Part shown: one piece after another, positions 9,869 through 19,428 of the stretch
Layout of the letters: each line of letters starts with the position of its first letter
How positions within the stretch are numbered: the stretch's first letter is position 1
NCBI GenBank assembly: GCA_963696385.1
Contig: CAVOKF010000007.1
Coordinates: 224,001-288,000, forward strand
Length of the DNA: 64,000 bases
Reading direction: 5' to 3'
Origin: an uncultured delta proteobacterium
GTDB taxonomy: Bacteria > Myxococcota_A > Polyangia > Polyangiales > Polyangiaceae
Program-made: the position numbers and the translations under genes
The notes under the pieces: generated by a model
The model's input: only the letters and a program-made list of their open reading frames with translations
Told to the model about the DNA's origin: nothing
Databases searched by the model: none

Positions 9869-12800
9869 TGCGCTTCATCCGGCTCGTCGTCGAGGCATTT
9901 CGGGCCATCGAGCACGCGGAGGTCCACTTGGGTGCCGGCTTGAACGTGCTCTATGGGCCGAACGATCTCGGCAAGTCGACGCTGGCGGCCGCCCTCCGTG
10001 CGGCGCTGCTCGTGCGCCCGGACGCCGCGGAGGCAACCCAATTCCACTCGTGGTTCACCGACGCGACTCCTCGGGTCGCGCTCTCGTTCGTGACCGGAGA
10101 CGACCGTTACTGGACCGTCCGCAAGGGCTTCGGCGACGGGTCGACCAAGGCCGCCGAGCTTCTGTCCTCGAAGGACGGATCGTCCTTCGTCTTCGAATGC
10201 CGCGGACGGGAGGTCGAGGAGCGCCTTCGCGCTCTGCTCGGGTGGGGAATCCCGGCGCCGGGCGGCAAGGCCGGGCCCCGAGGGGTCCCGATCACGTTCC
10301 TCGAAAACGCGCTTCTCGCGGCACAGACCGACGTCGATTCGATTTTGGCAGCCAGTCTTGCCACGGACCCGGATCCGACCGGCAAGATCCGCTTGTCCAA
10401 GGCTCTCGCCACGCTCGCGCAAGATCCGCTGTTCAAGAAGGTGCTCGACGCCGCTCAGCGCGAGGTGGAGGAGTGCTTCACGCGCACGGGCCAACGCAGC
10501 CGCGCCCAGACATCCCGGTTCACCAAGACGGCGAATGTCATCCATACGCTGCAGGGCGAGCTCGAGGATCGGCAGCGCCGCGTCGCGGACTCGGCCGCCA
10601 TCGAAGAGCGGGTGCGGTTGCTTCGTGAACGACGCGATCGGGCCGAGCTAGGCTTGGCGGAACGTGCCGCCGCCCTTTCGGCCGTGCGCGATCGGCTCAA
10701 GCGTTCGCAGGACCGACAAGAGCTCGCGGCGCGCCTCGAGGCGGCCAAGACTGCGCTCTCGGAGATCGACAGCGAGGCCGCGACGGTCGGCGCCCTCGAC
10801 GCCGAGATCGAAAGACTCGCCAAGCAGGTGAAGTCTCGCGAAGAAGATCGGACGCGTACGACGCGCGACCTGGAGATCGCAACCGCCGCCGTTCGCGACG
10901 CGCAGGAGCGACTCCGGGTGGCGACGAGCGAGGGTGCGGCCCGCCAACGAGAGCTCTTGCGATCGCAACTCGCGGAGCAGGCTGCCGTTGTCGGCGCGGA
11001 TCGGCAAGCCGCCGAGAACCGAAAGGCGAGCCTCCTCGCGGCACTCCAGGCGATCGACGCGGCCCGGCGAGATCGAGATGCGGCCGCCAGCGCGCGCACG
11101 GAGCGGGACCGGTTTCTCGCACGTCTCGAAGCCGCGCGCGCGTCGCTTTTGGCAATCGACCAAGAGCTCGAGCTCGCACGAGCGACGCTCGCGTACGGAC
11201 GGTTGCGTGCCGCCCTGTCGGCGGCGGACGAGGCGGCCAAAGCGAAGAAAGCCGCTGCCAACGGTACTCGCGAGGCCGAGCAGAAAATGGCGCAAGCGGC
11301 GTCCTTCGACGAGCACGCGCGCGCGATGGAGGTCGATCTCGCGGCCCGACAGCGGGTGTTGCCGACCGGGGATCAGGCCACGGCGCTCGCAGCCATGGAA
11401 CGGCAGCTCGAGGTGGCGGAAGCGGCTCTCGGCGGCGGCGTGAGCGTCGTCCTGCGGCCCCGCAAGGCCGTGACCGTGCAGGCCCGCGTCGACGACGAGG
11501 GGGCCGTCGACCCCGTCGACCTCGCCATCGAACGGACGCTCGAGGCCGAGCGCAGCGTGCACCTCTCGGTCGCCGATCTCGTCGACATCGAGGTCACGGC
11601 GGGCGCGGCGGACCAGCGACGAGCCGTCGACAAGCTTCGCCTTCGACGCAAAAAGGAGCTTGTCCCGGTACTCCAACGAGCCGGACTCAACACGTTGCAC
11701 GACGTCGCAACCGCCCTCGGCGCCATGGCGAAAGATCATGCAACGGCCGAGGCAATCCGGAAAAAGGCGGCGGATCTTCGCAACGACGCGGCGAAGCTTC
11801 TCGAGCGTGCCGAGGAGCAGACCGAGCAGGCCGCGAGGCTCTCGAGCCGCGCCGACGGGCTCGAGGCTCGCAAAGCCGCACTGGGCAAGACAGCCCCGGC
11901 GGTTTTGGAGCAGCGGTTGGCCGCGCTCGGGACACACTGGGAGGCGCCGGCCGAGGCGCTGCACGCGAAACGTTCGAACGAGCAACGCACGGCAGCGGCA
12001 GCGACGCGAACGGCCGAGCAGGACGCCGAGCGGGCCGAGTACCAGGTCGCGGAGGCGGATCGGCGAACCGCGGAACGGGTCGCAAGGTCCGAAGCGGCCT
12101 TGGCGACCGCCCAATCCTCGGACCCCGGGCCTTTACTCGCTCGGATCGAGCGGGAGCTCGAATCGTTCGGCAAGCGCGAAGCGGATATCGCGGCGAAGCG
12201 CCAGGCGCTGGAGACGGCTCCGAACGACGATGTCGACCAAGCCGAGCGGGCGATTGCGGCCGCCGAGCACAGTCTGGCTGCGGCGAAGCCGGCGCACGAT
12301 GACGCCGTGCAGGCGGTCGAAACGTCGAGAGCGGAATGCAACACGCGAACGGGGGAGGCCAATCTCCGTCGCCTCCGACTCCATGGCATGGACCGGGCTG
12401 CCGCCGCGGCGCTCGTCGAGCAGCGTACACGCGAGTGGGCGGCGCTGCCGGTCGAGAAGAATGTGTCCGAGGCCGACGTCGTGGCGGCCGAGCAAGACGC
12501 AGCGGCCGCGAACCGGGAACTCGATTCGGCGAAAGAGGAACTCTACAAGAGCGAGGGCGCTCTGACCAAGGTCGGTGGCAACACGGTGCGCGAAGATTTG
12601 GAGCGAATCCAGGAAGCCCTTACCGCCGAATTCGCTCGGCAGCGGGAGATGGAGACCGATGCCGATGCGTGGAAGCTGCTCCGCGACACCCTGCGCGATG
12701 TCGAAGATGACGAGGGCGCCCACCTCGGACGTGCACTCGCAGGACCCGTGTCGAAAAAGTTCGAGGAATTGACGGCGGGCCGTTACCGGGATCTCCGGCT

Positions 12801-13209
12801 CGATGCGGCACTCAAGACGGAGGCGCTGGGTCTGAGTGAGTCGTCTGCGACGGGTGCGGACGTCCTTTCGGCGCTCTCGGTCGGCACACGCCATCAACTC
12901 GCGACGCTCATTCGCCTCACCGTCGCGGCGCAGTTGAAAAGCGCGATCGTGCTCGACGATCACCTGGTCCACACCGACCCGGTGCGACTCGCATGGTTTC
13001 AGGACGTGTTGATGAAGACCGCGCTGAATACGCAGGTCGTGGTTCTCACCTGCCGGCCGGAGGATTACCTCACAACGGATGACCTCGCCGGGGAAGGCAC
13101 CGAACGCGACATCGCCGGAGGTGCGGTGCGGGTCATCGACGGGGCTCGCGTGATCCAGCGCTGGGCGGACGTGTCTTCGCGATCGTCGCGCCCACTGCCC
13201 GTCGAGTGA
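9868..13209 (+). CDS. Rad50/SbcC-like (YhaN-like) ABC ATPase with long coiled coil, about 1113 aa
   Basis: True start MRFIRLVVEAFRAI (TGATG overlap at 9866-9870). Walker A GPNDLGKST, signature LSVGT, Walker B/D-loop IVLDDHLVHTD, VLTC. Confidence 0.92.
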   Translation: MRFIRLVVEAFRAIEHAEVHLGAGLNVLYGPNDLGKSTLAAALRAALLVRPDAAEATQFHSWFTDATPRVALSFVTGDDRYWTVRKGFGDGSTKAAELLSSKDGSSFVFECRGREVEERLRALLGWGIPAPGGKAGPRGVPITFLENALLAAQTDVDSILAASLATDPDPTGKIRLSKALATLAQDPLFKKVLDAAQREVEECFTRTGQRSRAQTSRFTKTANVIHTLQGELEDRQRRVADSAAIEERVRLLRERRDRAELGLAERAAALSAVRDRLKRSQDRQELAARLEAAKTALSEIDSEAATVGALDAEIERLAKQVKSREEDRTRTTRDLEIATAAVRDAQERLRVATSEGAARQRELLRSQLAEQAAVVGADRQAAENRKASLLAALQAIDAARRDRDAAASARTERDRFLARLEAARASLLAIDQELELARATLAYGRLRAALSAADEAAKAKKAAANGTREAEQKMAQAASFDEHARAMEVDLAARQRVLPTGDQATALAAMERQLEVAEAALGGGVSVVLRPRKAVTVQARVDDEGAVDPVDLAIERTLEAERSVHLSVADLVDIEVTAGAADQRRAVDKLRLRRKKELVPVLQRAGLNTLHDVATALGAMAKDHATAEAIRKKAADLRNDAAKLLERAEEQTEQAARLSSRADGLEARKAALGKTAPAVLEQRLAALGTHWEAPAEALHAKRSNEQRTAAAATRTAEQDAERAEYQVAEADRRTAERVARSEAALATAQSSDPGPLLARIERELESFGKREADIAAKRQALETAPNDDVDQAERAIAAAEHSLAAAKPAHDDAVQAVETSRAECNTRTGEANLRRLRLHGMDRAAAAALVEQRTREWAALPVEKNVSEADVVAAEQDAAAANRELDSAKEELYKSEGALTKVGGNTVREDLERIQEALTAEFARQREMETDADAWKLLRDTLRDVEDDEGAHLGRALAGPVSKKFEELTAGRYRDLRLDAALKTEALGLSESSATGADVLSALSVGTRHQLATLIRLTVAAQLKSAIVLDDHLVHTDPVRLAWFQDVLMKTALNTQVVVLTCRPEDYLTTDDLAGEGTERDIAGGAVRVIDGARVIQRWADVSSRSSRPLPVE

Positions 13210-13304
13210 CGCTCGCAGGTCACTCGGCTACAGAAAGCCAATCTCGGCGAACAGCATGCCGGGGCCGTATGCAGACGCCCCGAGCTCCGCGGTATGGTGT
13301 GACG

Positions 13305-14141
13305 ATGGATGAGACCGCCGACCCGATCGCGTATTGGAACGGACCCGCGGGCGAGCGTTGGGCGCGCGAGCAAGAAGCGATCGATCGAGCTTTTGCGGCG
13401 TTCAGCGCCAAGCTCTTCGATCGCGCGACGCTGCGCCCGGGCGCTCGTGTCCTCGACGTGGGCTGCGGATGCGGGACGACTACGCTCGCCGCGGCCGACG
13501 CGGTGGGACCGGGGGGCGCGGTCGTGGGAATCGACGTGTCGACGCCGATGGTGGCACGAGCGCGCGAACGCTCGACCGGGCGGCCGAACGTTTCGTACGT
13601 CTTGGCCGACGCAGCCGAGCATGGATTCGAGACTCCGTTCGACGCCATCGTGTCGCGTTTCGGAGTGATGTTCTTCCGGCGCCCGGTACCGGCCTTCCGG
13701 CGGATGCGCGAAGCGCTGCGATCGGGCGGCACCCTGGCGTTCGTGTGCTGGCGCGCGGCGAACGAAAACGAATGGGTTCGCGTTGCCCGGGACTCCGTCG
13801 ACTTGCTTCTTCCTGCCGAACCCGCCGAATCGGCGGATGAGCCGGGGCCATTCGCGTTCGCAGACTCTGGCCGCGTGGCGGCAATCCTCGACGAAGCGTC
13901 ATTTACGAACGTCGCAGTCGTTGCCTTCGACGCCGATGTCGTCCTTTCGCAGCAGGGGCTTGGTGAAGCCGCGCGCTTCGCCATGACTACGGGGCCGACG
14001 GCGCGCCGGTTGCGGGACGCCGACGATGACACGAAGGCCCGGGTCCGCGTGGCGCTCGAGGCGCGATTGCGGCCTTTCGTCAGGGGCGAGCGCATCGCCC
14101 TGCGCGGCTCGGTCTGGGTGGTGAGCGCCACGAGAAGCTGA
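13305..14141 (+). CDS. class I SAM-dependent methyltransferase
   Basis: YWNGPAGERW N-terminus, VLDVGCGCG, SRFGVMFF, PGPFAFAD. Confidence 0.9.
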   Translation: MDETADPIAYWNGPAGERWAREQEAIDRAFAAFSAKLFDRATLRPGARVLDVGCGCGTTTLAAADAVGPGGAVVGIDVSTPMVARARERSTGRPNVSYVLADAAEHGFETPFDAIVSRFGVMFFRRPVPAFRRMREALRSGGTLAFVCWRAANENEWVRVARDSVDLLLPAEPAESADEPGPFAFADSGRVAAILDEASFTNVAVVAFDADVVLSQQGLGEAARFAMTTGPTARRLRDADDDTKARVRVALEARLRPFVRGERIALRGSVWVVSATRS

Positions 14142-14286
14142 CTCGCCCGAGAGATTCGGAAAGCCACCGGGACGAGGATGCCCCAGGGGCTCTCGCGGGC
14201 TAGGACGCCGCGTCCCGCCGAGTCGCTGAAATGACGGAAATGCGCGCATTATCCATGCGGCACAGGCCATGCACTGAACTCCACGC

Positions 14287-14610
14287 ATGAACGCCTTTCA
14301 AGGATCTCGCGCCTTACGTTCCGGCTTCGTCGCGGCCATGCTGTTTTTTGCCCTTTGGATGGGGGCCCCGCGGACTGCGGCCGCTCAAGTCATCGACGTC
14401 GCGCCGCCAGCCCTCCGCCTGGAGGTCGCCCCTCTTCGCCCTTCCCCGAATCACTTTTGGATCCCCGGCTATTGGGGATGGGGACCGCGCGGTCACGTGT
14501 GGTACGGAGGGCGCTGGGAGCTCGAGCGACGCGGCAGCCATTGGGCGGCTGCTCGTTGGACTCACGAGGGTCGACGATGGCATTTTTCTCCCGGGCGCTT
14601 TCGACGGTAA
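14287..14610 (+). CDS. YXWGXW/WXXGXW-repeat exported protein
   Basis: Signal peptide, APPALRLE, and repeated WIPGYW, WYGGRW, WAAARW. Confidence 0.85.
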   Translation: MNAFQGSRALRSGFVAAMLFFALWMGAPRTAAAQVIDVAPPALRLEVAPLRPSPNHFWIPGYWGWGPRGHVWYGGRWELERRGSHWAAARWTHEGRRWHFSPGRFRR

Positions 14611-14722
14611 AAGCTCCCGGCGCGCAAGCGGGGCGGGCCCCGCCGGGCCACCGGCGGCTCGATCTGCGCGGTGAGCTCTTTGGGACGCCTCCGGACACTG
14701 GGGTGGCCCAAGGAGAAGCCCT

Positions 14723-16438
14723 TTGCACCCCAAGCGTACGCGGCCTTCCGCCGATCGGCTTCACGCGGCAGCGGCGCTTGCGATCGGTGCGACGACGCTG
14801 CTCCTTGGCTGCGGCAACTCGGCAAGCGGGCAAGCGCAGCCGACCCCCACACCGAGCTCCGTCGACGCGAGCGGCAGTCCGGCAGCTCCCGGCAGCGACG
14901 CGGCTGCGAGCCGCAGCGCCAGCACGGCAACGAACGGTAGTTCGAGCAGCACGGCATCAAGCGGGGCTGCACCCGCGAGCGGCCCGAGCGGCAGTGACGC
15001 GGCAAGCGGCTCGAGTGACGCGACGACCGGTGGCGGCCCGAACGGCAACGACGCCGCAAGCGATGGCGGGTCGAGCGACGCCGCCGGTGATGGCTCGAGC
15101 GCGACCGGCCCCGCCGTCGACGGCGCGGCGGTAGCCACCGGCTGGGGCACGATCCACAACGACTTCTTCTGGTACGACCAAGACGGAAACCTGATCAATA
15201 CCCGAAGTGGCAAGATCCGTCAGTTTGGCAATCTTTATTACTGGTATGGCGGAGCCCCCGGCGCGGCCGATCAGAACCTGTATACCTCGCCCGACTTCAT
15301 CCATTGGACCTACAAGGGCGTGGTCTTCCATTCGCCCGTCGAAGCCAATCGACTGGACGTCCTGTACAATGCCGCGACCCAGACGTACGTGATGTTTTTG
15401 AAGTACGACGGAGATTCGGCGTATTTGGGAATAGCGACCTCTCCGACTCCGGACGGAACGTTCACCTTTCAGAGCCAAACGCTGGTCGATGGGTACACCA
15501 TCGGCGACATGTCGATGTTCGAGGACGACGACGGTCAAGCCTATCTGGCGTACGTGTGGTGGGAAACCGGTCCCAATCGCGAGCACGGAATCTACCGGAT
15601 GTCCGCCGACTATTTGACTTTGGCAGAGCGGGTCTACCTGTGGAACATCCCCAGTCGAGAGGCTCCCCACATTTTCAAGCGAAATGGAGTGTACTATTAT
15701 GGGACTTCCCGTACCGCCGGCATCAACCCGACGGCTACGGAATATTACATGGCAACGAACTTGGCCGGCCCCTGGTCGGCGGCGACGAACCTGACCACGC
15801 CGGGCTCCACCACCTCGTATCAAACGCAGTGTGACTTCGTGTTTCCCGTTGCGGGCACGCAAGGCACGTATTTCCTGTACGACGGCGATCGATGGCTGCC
15901 CACCGGGGGAAGCGAAGGCGACTACGTATGGCTGCCGCTCGCGTTCGATGACGCCGGCCTACCGTCGATGAACTATTATCAGGATTGGGACTTCAACCTT
16001 GGCACCGGGACGTGGCGGACGTTCGATTTGACACGAGACCTGGCACTCGGCAAGACGGCTACGGCCTCCTCGGACGACGGTACGAACCTGCCTGCAAGCG
16101 TGACGACGGCCACGACCTACCTGACCTACGCCGCGACCCGCTGGGAGAGCGAGGCCACCGATCCGCAATGGATCATGGTGGACCTCGGAGCCCCCACTCA
16201 AGTCGATCGAGTCATTCTCAAGTGGTATTTGGACTACGCGAAGGCGTTTGAAATCCAGGTGTCGACCGACGCGACGACCTGGACCTCCGTATACACGACG
16301 ACGATCGGCGCATCGTATTCGGTCACCGACGTCACGTTCGCCGAAACCTCTGCGCGGTACGTCCGGATGCTCGGAACCCAAAGGGGCACCACGAATGGCT
16401 ATTCGCTTTTTGCTTTCATGGTTCTCGACGACCCTTGA
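14723..16438 (+). CDS. GH43 (exo-beta-1,3-galactanase-like) lipoprotein with C-terminal F5/8 type C (CBM32) domain
   Basis: LLGC lipobox, Ser/Gly linker, YYWYG, GDMSMFEDDDG, REAP, YQTQ, GDRW...YVWLP, then LALGKTATASS...TRWES...QWIMVDLG...ARYVRM. Start uncertain. Confidence 0.85.
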   Translation: MHPKRTRPSADRLHAAAALAIGATTLLLGCGNSASGQAQPTPTPSSVDASGSPAAPGSDAAASRSASTATNGSSSSTASSGAAPASGPSGSDAASGSSDATTGGGPNGNDAASDGGSSDAAGDGSSATGPAVDGAAVATGWGTIHNDFFWYDQDGNLINTRSGKIRQFGNLYYWYGGAPGAADQNLYTSPDFIHWTYKGVVFHSPVEANRLDVLYNAATQTYVMFLKYDGDSAYLGIATSPTPDGTFTFQSQTLVDGYTIGDMSMFEDDDGQAYLAYVWWETGPNREHGIYRMSADYLTLAERVYLWNIPSREAPHIFKRNGVYYYGTSRTAGINPTATEYYMATNLAGPWSAATNLTTPGSTTSYQTQCDFVFPVAGTQGTYFLYDGDRWLPTGGSEGDYVWLPLAFDDAGLPSMNYYQDWDFNLGTGTWRTFDLTRDLALGKTATASSDDGTNLPASVTTATTYLTYAATRWESEATDPQWIMVDLGAPTQVDRVILKWYLDYAKAFEIQVSTDATTWTSVYTTTIGASYSVTDVTFAETSARYVRMLGTQRGTTNGYSLFAFMVLDDP

Positions 16439-16471
16439 CCCAAGCCGAGCCCCACGCGAGCGCTCTCCGCG

Positions 16472-17425
16472 CTACGGATCTCCGGCAGCCGCCGTGAAGT
16501 GAACGACGAGGTCCGACCCACCGGACGCGAACGCCACGCTACCGTCGAGACCGCCCGCGCCCAACCGCATGTCGAATGTCGTATCGACATTCGGTGTGGC
16601 CGTGCATCCGCTCGACCCGCACGTGCATACCTGGGGCTGCGGCGGATTGTCGCAGAGGACGACTTTGCCGCAGTTCATCGTGAGGTCCGGGCCGCCGTCA
16701 GGATTGTGGAGCGCGCAAAGGCTGGACGCCATGAAACCCGCATCCACGCCGCCGACGACGGACACCTGCCAATCTGGCGCGCAGCCATACGCGCAAGGAT
16801 TCAGGGGCGCGTAGCTGTACGAGGTTTGCAGCGCGCACCACGGCTTGTACTCTTCGAGCGAATTGACGCCGAATCGCAAACGCGTGCCGTCGAACTGAAC
16901 GTCTTCCACGGTATAGGCAAAGCCCTCGGCAACCTCTCCGACGAGCTTGCCCAAGCCATTCGATGCCGTGGGTTCGACGGTTGGGAATACAGGGATGGGG
17001 ATCGCGCCGGTCGGCATTCCGACCGGCCAGTAGCCGACGGTCGGGTCCACGGCAGGCAGGGACGCCGGACCCTGACCGAACGCGATCGTCGCGGCGATCG
17101 CCCCATCCGCCTCGGCGGTGAAGCTGAGCTGCAGGGCATCCGATCCGGAGGGGAAAGTGTAGTTCTCGACGTATCCGGTCCATCCCCCCAGAAGGGGGGC
17201 CAAGCTGGATCCCGCGTCCGTAGGGCCTGCATCGGTCCCCGCAGGGCCCGGTTGCACACAGGTTGCGACGCTGGCGTCCGCCGCGACCGGACTGGCGGCG
17301 TCCGGCGCGTTGTCGATGCCGTTCGCGTCGGCTTCGGGGCTTGCTGTCGAGCTGAGATAGATGTCTTTGCCCCCGCACGCGCTCGAGAAGGCGAAGAGTG
17401 CGAGGAAGGTCAGTCTGTTTTTCAT
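16472..17425 (-). CDS. hypothetical Cys-containing lipoprotein
   Basis: MKNRLTFLALFAFSSAC leader, WTGYVEN and several Cys; last gene of the ECF cassette. Confidence 0.7.
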   Translation of the reverse strand: MKNRLTFLALFAFSSACGGKDIYLSSTASPEADANGIDNAPDAASPVAADASVATCVQPGPAGTDAGPTDAGSSLAPLLGGWTGYVENYTFPSGSDALQLSFTAEADGAIAATIAFGQGPASLPAVDPTVGYWPVGMPTGAIPIPVFPTVEPTASNGLGKLVGEVAEGFAYTVEDVQFDGTRLRFGVNSLEEYKPWCALQTSYSYAPLNPCAYGCAPDWQVSVVGGVDAGFMASSLCALHNPDGGPDLTMNCGKVVLCDNPPQPQVCTCGSSGCTATPNVDTTFDMRLGAGGLDGSVAFASGGSDLVVHFTAAAGDP

Positions 17426-17471
17426 TGGCGCATCACCCATGAATAACGATTGGGTCGTCCGCGTGGGCCCT

Positions 17472-18155
17472 TCACGGAATGGATGCGATGGCCGAGCGGA
17501 CCGTGTGGCCGAAGAGGCTTTCCGGCCAGCGATCGCCGAACGCCCGCGCCCGGTCGCGCGCTTCGCGATAGCGGCCCGCGCGCACCAGAGCCTGGATTTC
17601 GAGCGCGTCACGCTCTTCGGCCAAGATCGCTTTGGGAAATCGGGAACGGTGCGCCGCAAGGTTCTCGAGCGCGCGGTCGGGGATCTCGGCGACGAGCGCC
17701 GCGCGCGCGTCGTCGAGCAAGCGCCGTTCGGCCTCGAGCTGCGATTGCTCTTGTGGCCCCGGCGGGCCTGCGCTGGCCGGGCCGGTCATCGCGGGGTTCG
17801 GCACCATGGCGGTCGCGCTCGCGACTTCGGTCGGCGCCGGCCCGGCACTCTGGACCGCTGTCGGCGCCGGCGGTTCGACGTAGACAACCCGCGGCGGAGG
17901 CGCCCGCTCGAGCACACCGGCGAGCGCGGCGCCGGCCATCCCGCCCAAAGCGAACGTCGCCACCGGCCAAGCGATGCCGCCGCGCCATCCTCGGACCCGG
18001 CCACCGTGCCCGCCGCCGCCTCCGGCGCGCCGAATCTCGGGGATCGCGATTTCGAGCTTCGCCCGAACGCGGGCTTGCGCCCCGGGCGGAGGTGAGCCGT
18101 CTGCCGAGAGCTCTTCGAGCTCGAATGGCCTAAGGGGCGGGATGGAATCAGCCAC
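17472..18155 (-). CDS. putative anti-sigma factor (single TM, Pro-rich linker, TPR-like C-terminus)
   Basis: GTG start overlaps the sigma stop by 8 bp; one TM helix; LEAERRLLDDARAAL...FPKAILAEERDALEIQAL...WPESLF, a pattern typical of myxobacterial ECF partners. Confidence 0.7.
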   Translation of the reverse strand: MADSIPPLRPFELEELSADGSPPPGAQARVRAKLEIAIPEIRRAGGGGGHGGRVRGWRGGIAWPVATFALGGMAGAALAGVLERAPPPRVVYVEPPAPTAVQSAGPAPTEVASATAMVPNPAMTGPASAGPPGPQEQSQLEAERRLLDDARAALVAEIPDRALENLAAHRSRFPKAILAEERDALEIQALVRAGRYREARDRARAFGDRWPESLFGHTVRSAIASIP

Positions 18156-18244
18156 GATGCACCTCTCGCGCGGCGAGCGTCTTGACCGCAAAGGCAAGCT
18201 GTTCGCGGGCCAGACGCAACCGCGAATAGGCCGTGTTCAGGGGA
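18148..18244 (-). pseudogene. ECF sigma factor, 3' fragment (end of region 4) separated by the IS
   Basis: Reads PLNTAYSRLRLAREQLAFAVKTLAAREVHRG*; joins in frame to 22016-22473 when the IS and one AGGGGA copy are removed. Confidence 0.92.
18239..18244. repeat. 6-bp target-site duplication AGGGGA, left copy (right copy 22010-22015)
   Basis: Identical hexamer abuts both IS ends. Confidence 0.95.
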
Positions 18245-18352
18245 TGTAGACGGACGCGTAAATCCGCGGGAAAGGCGACGTGGAAGCAGTGCGCGGCCGA
18301 TCCCGGCGCTACCTCCTGAGGAAGGCGGCGCCGGGCAGCGGACGAGAATGGC

Positions 18353-18646
18353 TCAGCGAGGGAGGGGCTTGTCGTGGTGGTTGTGGTCACGCCCGTCGAC
18401 GACGTTCTGCTCGGCGAGTCGATATTGGCGGATATGCCTGCGTAAAGCGCGCATGGCATTGAGGAGGTCGCGAGTGGGGGGATGATTGGCGCCGCCGCGT
18501 GTCGACGAGGAGGGGTCGGGGCCGATGGCGAGAAAGCGGCGAGCCGCGATGAGTGCAGCGTCGAGCACGAAGAGCGGACCGAGTTCGGGCGCCAAGACGA
18601 TGTCCCACTCGGAGGGCGCAACGAGCCGCTGGCGCGGCGGCGTCAC
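18353..18646 (-). CDS. IS-borne hypothetical protein downstream of istB, 97 aa
   Basis: GTG start overlaps the istB stop (GTGA); helical-looking APELGPLFVLDAALIAARRFL...LRRHIRQYR. Confidence 0.55.
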   Translation of the reverse strand: MTPPRQRLVAPSEWDIVLAPELGPLFVLDAALIAARRFLAIGPDPSSSTRGGANHPPTRDLLNAMRALRRHIRQYRLAEQNVVDGRDHNHHDKPLPR

Positions 18647-19428
18647 ACGCGCCTCCGGGCGGAGGCGCCTCGCGAGCGGGGCCTGGGTTGCGGAGGCGGT
18701 GGGGAGTTGCCCGGCTTTTGCCGGTAGGAGTCGGCATCGATGTCGATGGTGTGCAGATGCTGGGTGAAGCGATCGATGAGAGCGACGAGGCAGGCGGCGC
18801 CGGGGAATACGCCCCCCCATTCCTTGAAGGCCAAGTTGGTCGAGATGATGGTGGAGGCTCGTTCATGGCGCCGGCTGATGATCTGGAAGAAGAGGTCGAC
18901 GGCGCGCTTGTCTACGGGCACATATCCAAGTTCGTCGCATACGAGAAGATCGACATTGGTATAGCGCTTCATGCGTCGCTCGACGGCGGGCAGCGACTCC
19001 TGTTTCAAGAGATCGGCGAGCGCCGAAACGACCGGGGTAAAGCAGACGGTCATGCCGGCGCTGAGCGCGGCGAGGCATACGTTCTGCGCAAGCATGGTCT
19101 TACCCACACCGCTTGGGCCGCGAAAAAGGACGTTCTCGCGGCGCTCCACGAAGCCCAAGCCGAGGACATTCTCGCATAGGGCGCGGTCGATCTTGCGCGG
19201 ATGGCTCCAGTCGAAACGGTCCATCGTCGTGTGCGCCCCCACCGTCGCCATCTTGGTGCGGGTGGCGAGATTGCGTGCTTCACGCTGCCGGCGCTCCATT
19301 TCGACCAGCAGCTCGACGACCTGCACGTGCGAGAGGCGGTTGGCGGTCGCGTGCGACAGCAGTGCCTCGAGCTGCTCGCGCGACGCGCAGAAGCCGATGG
19401 CCCGGAGCTCGTCGACGACGTCGCTCAC
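18643..19428 (-). CDS. istB: IS21 helper ATPase IstB
   Basis: FDW, Walker A GPSGVGKT, LLVCDELGY, FFQIISRRHE, STN, W, LIDRF, SYR. Confidence 0.95.
   Translation of the reverse strand: MSDVVDELRAIGFCASREQLEALLSHATANRLSHVQVVELLVEMERRQREARNLATRTKMATVGAHTTMDRFDWSHPRKIDRALCENVLGLGFVERRENVLFRGPSGVGKTMLAQNVCLAALSAGMTVCFTPVVSALADLLKQESLPAVERRMKRYTNVDLLVCDELGYVPVDKRAVDLFFQIISRRHERASTIISTNLAFKEWGGVFPGAACLVALIDRFTQHLHTIDIDADSYRQKPGNSPPPPQPRPRSRGASARRRV

Noticed and set aside
14258..14273. sigma54-like CGGCAC-N5-ATGCA upstream of the YXWGXW gene
   Set aside because: Two consensus mismatches and almost no room for a leader. Too weak to call.
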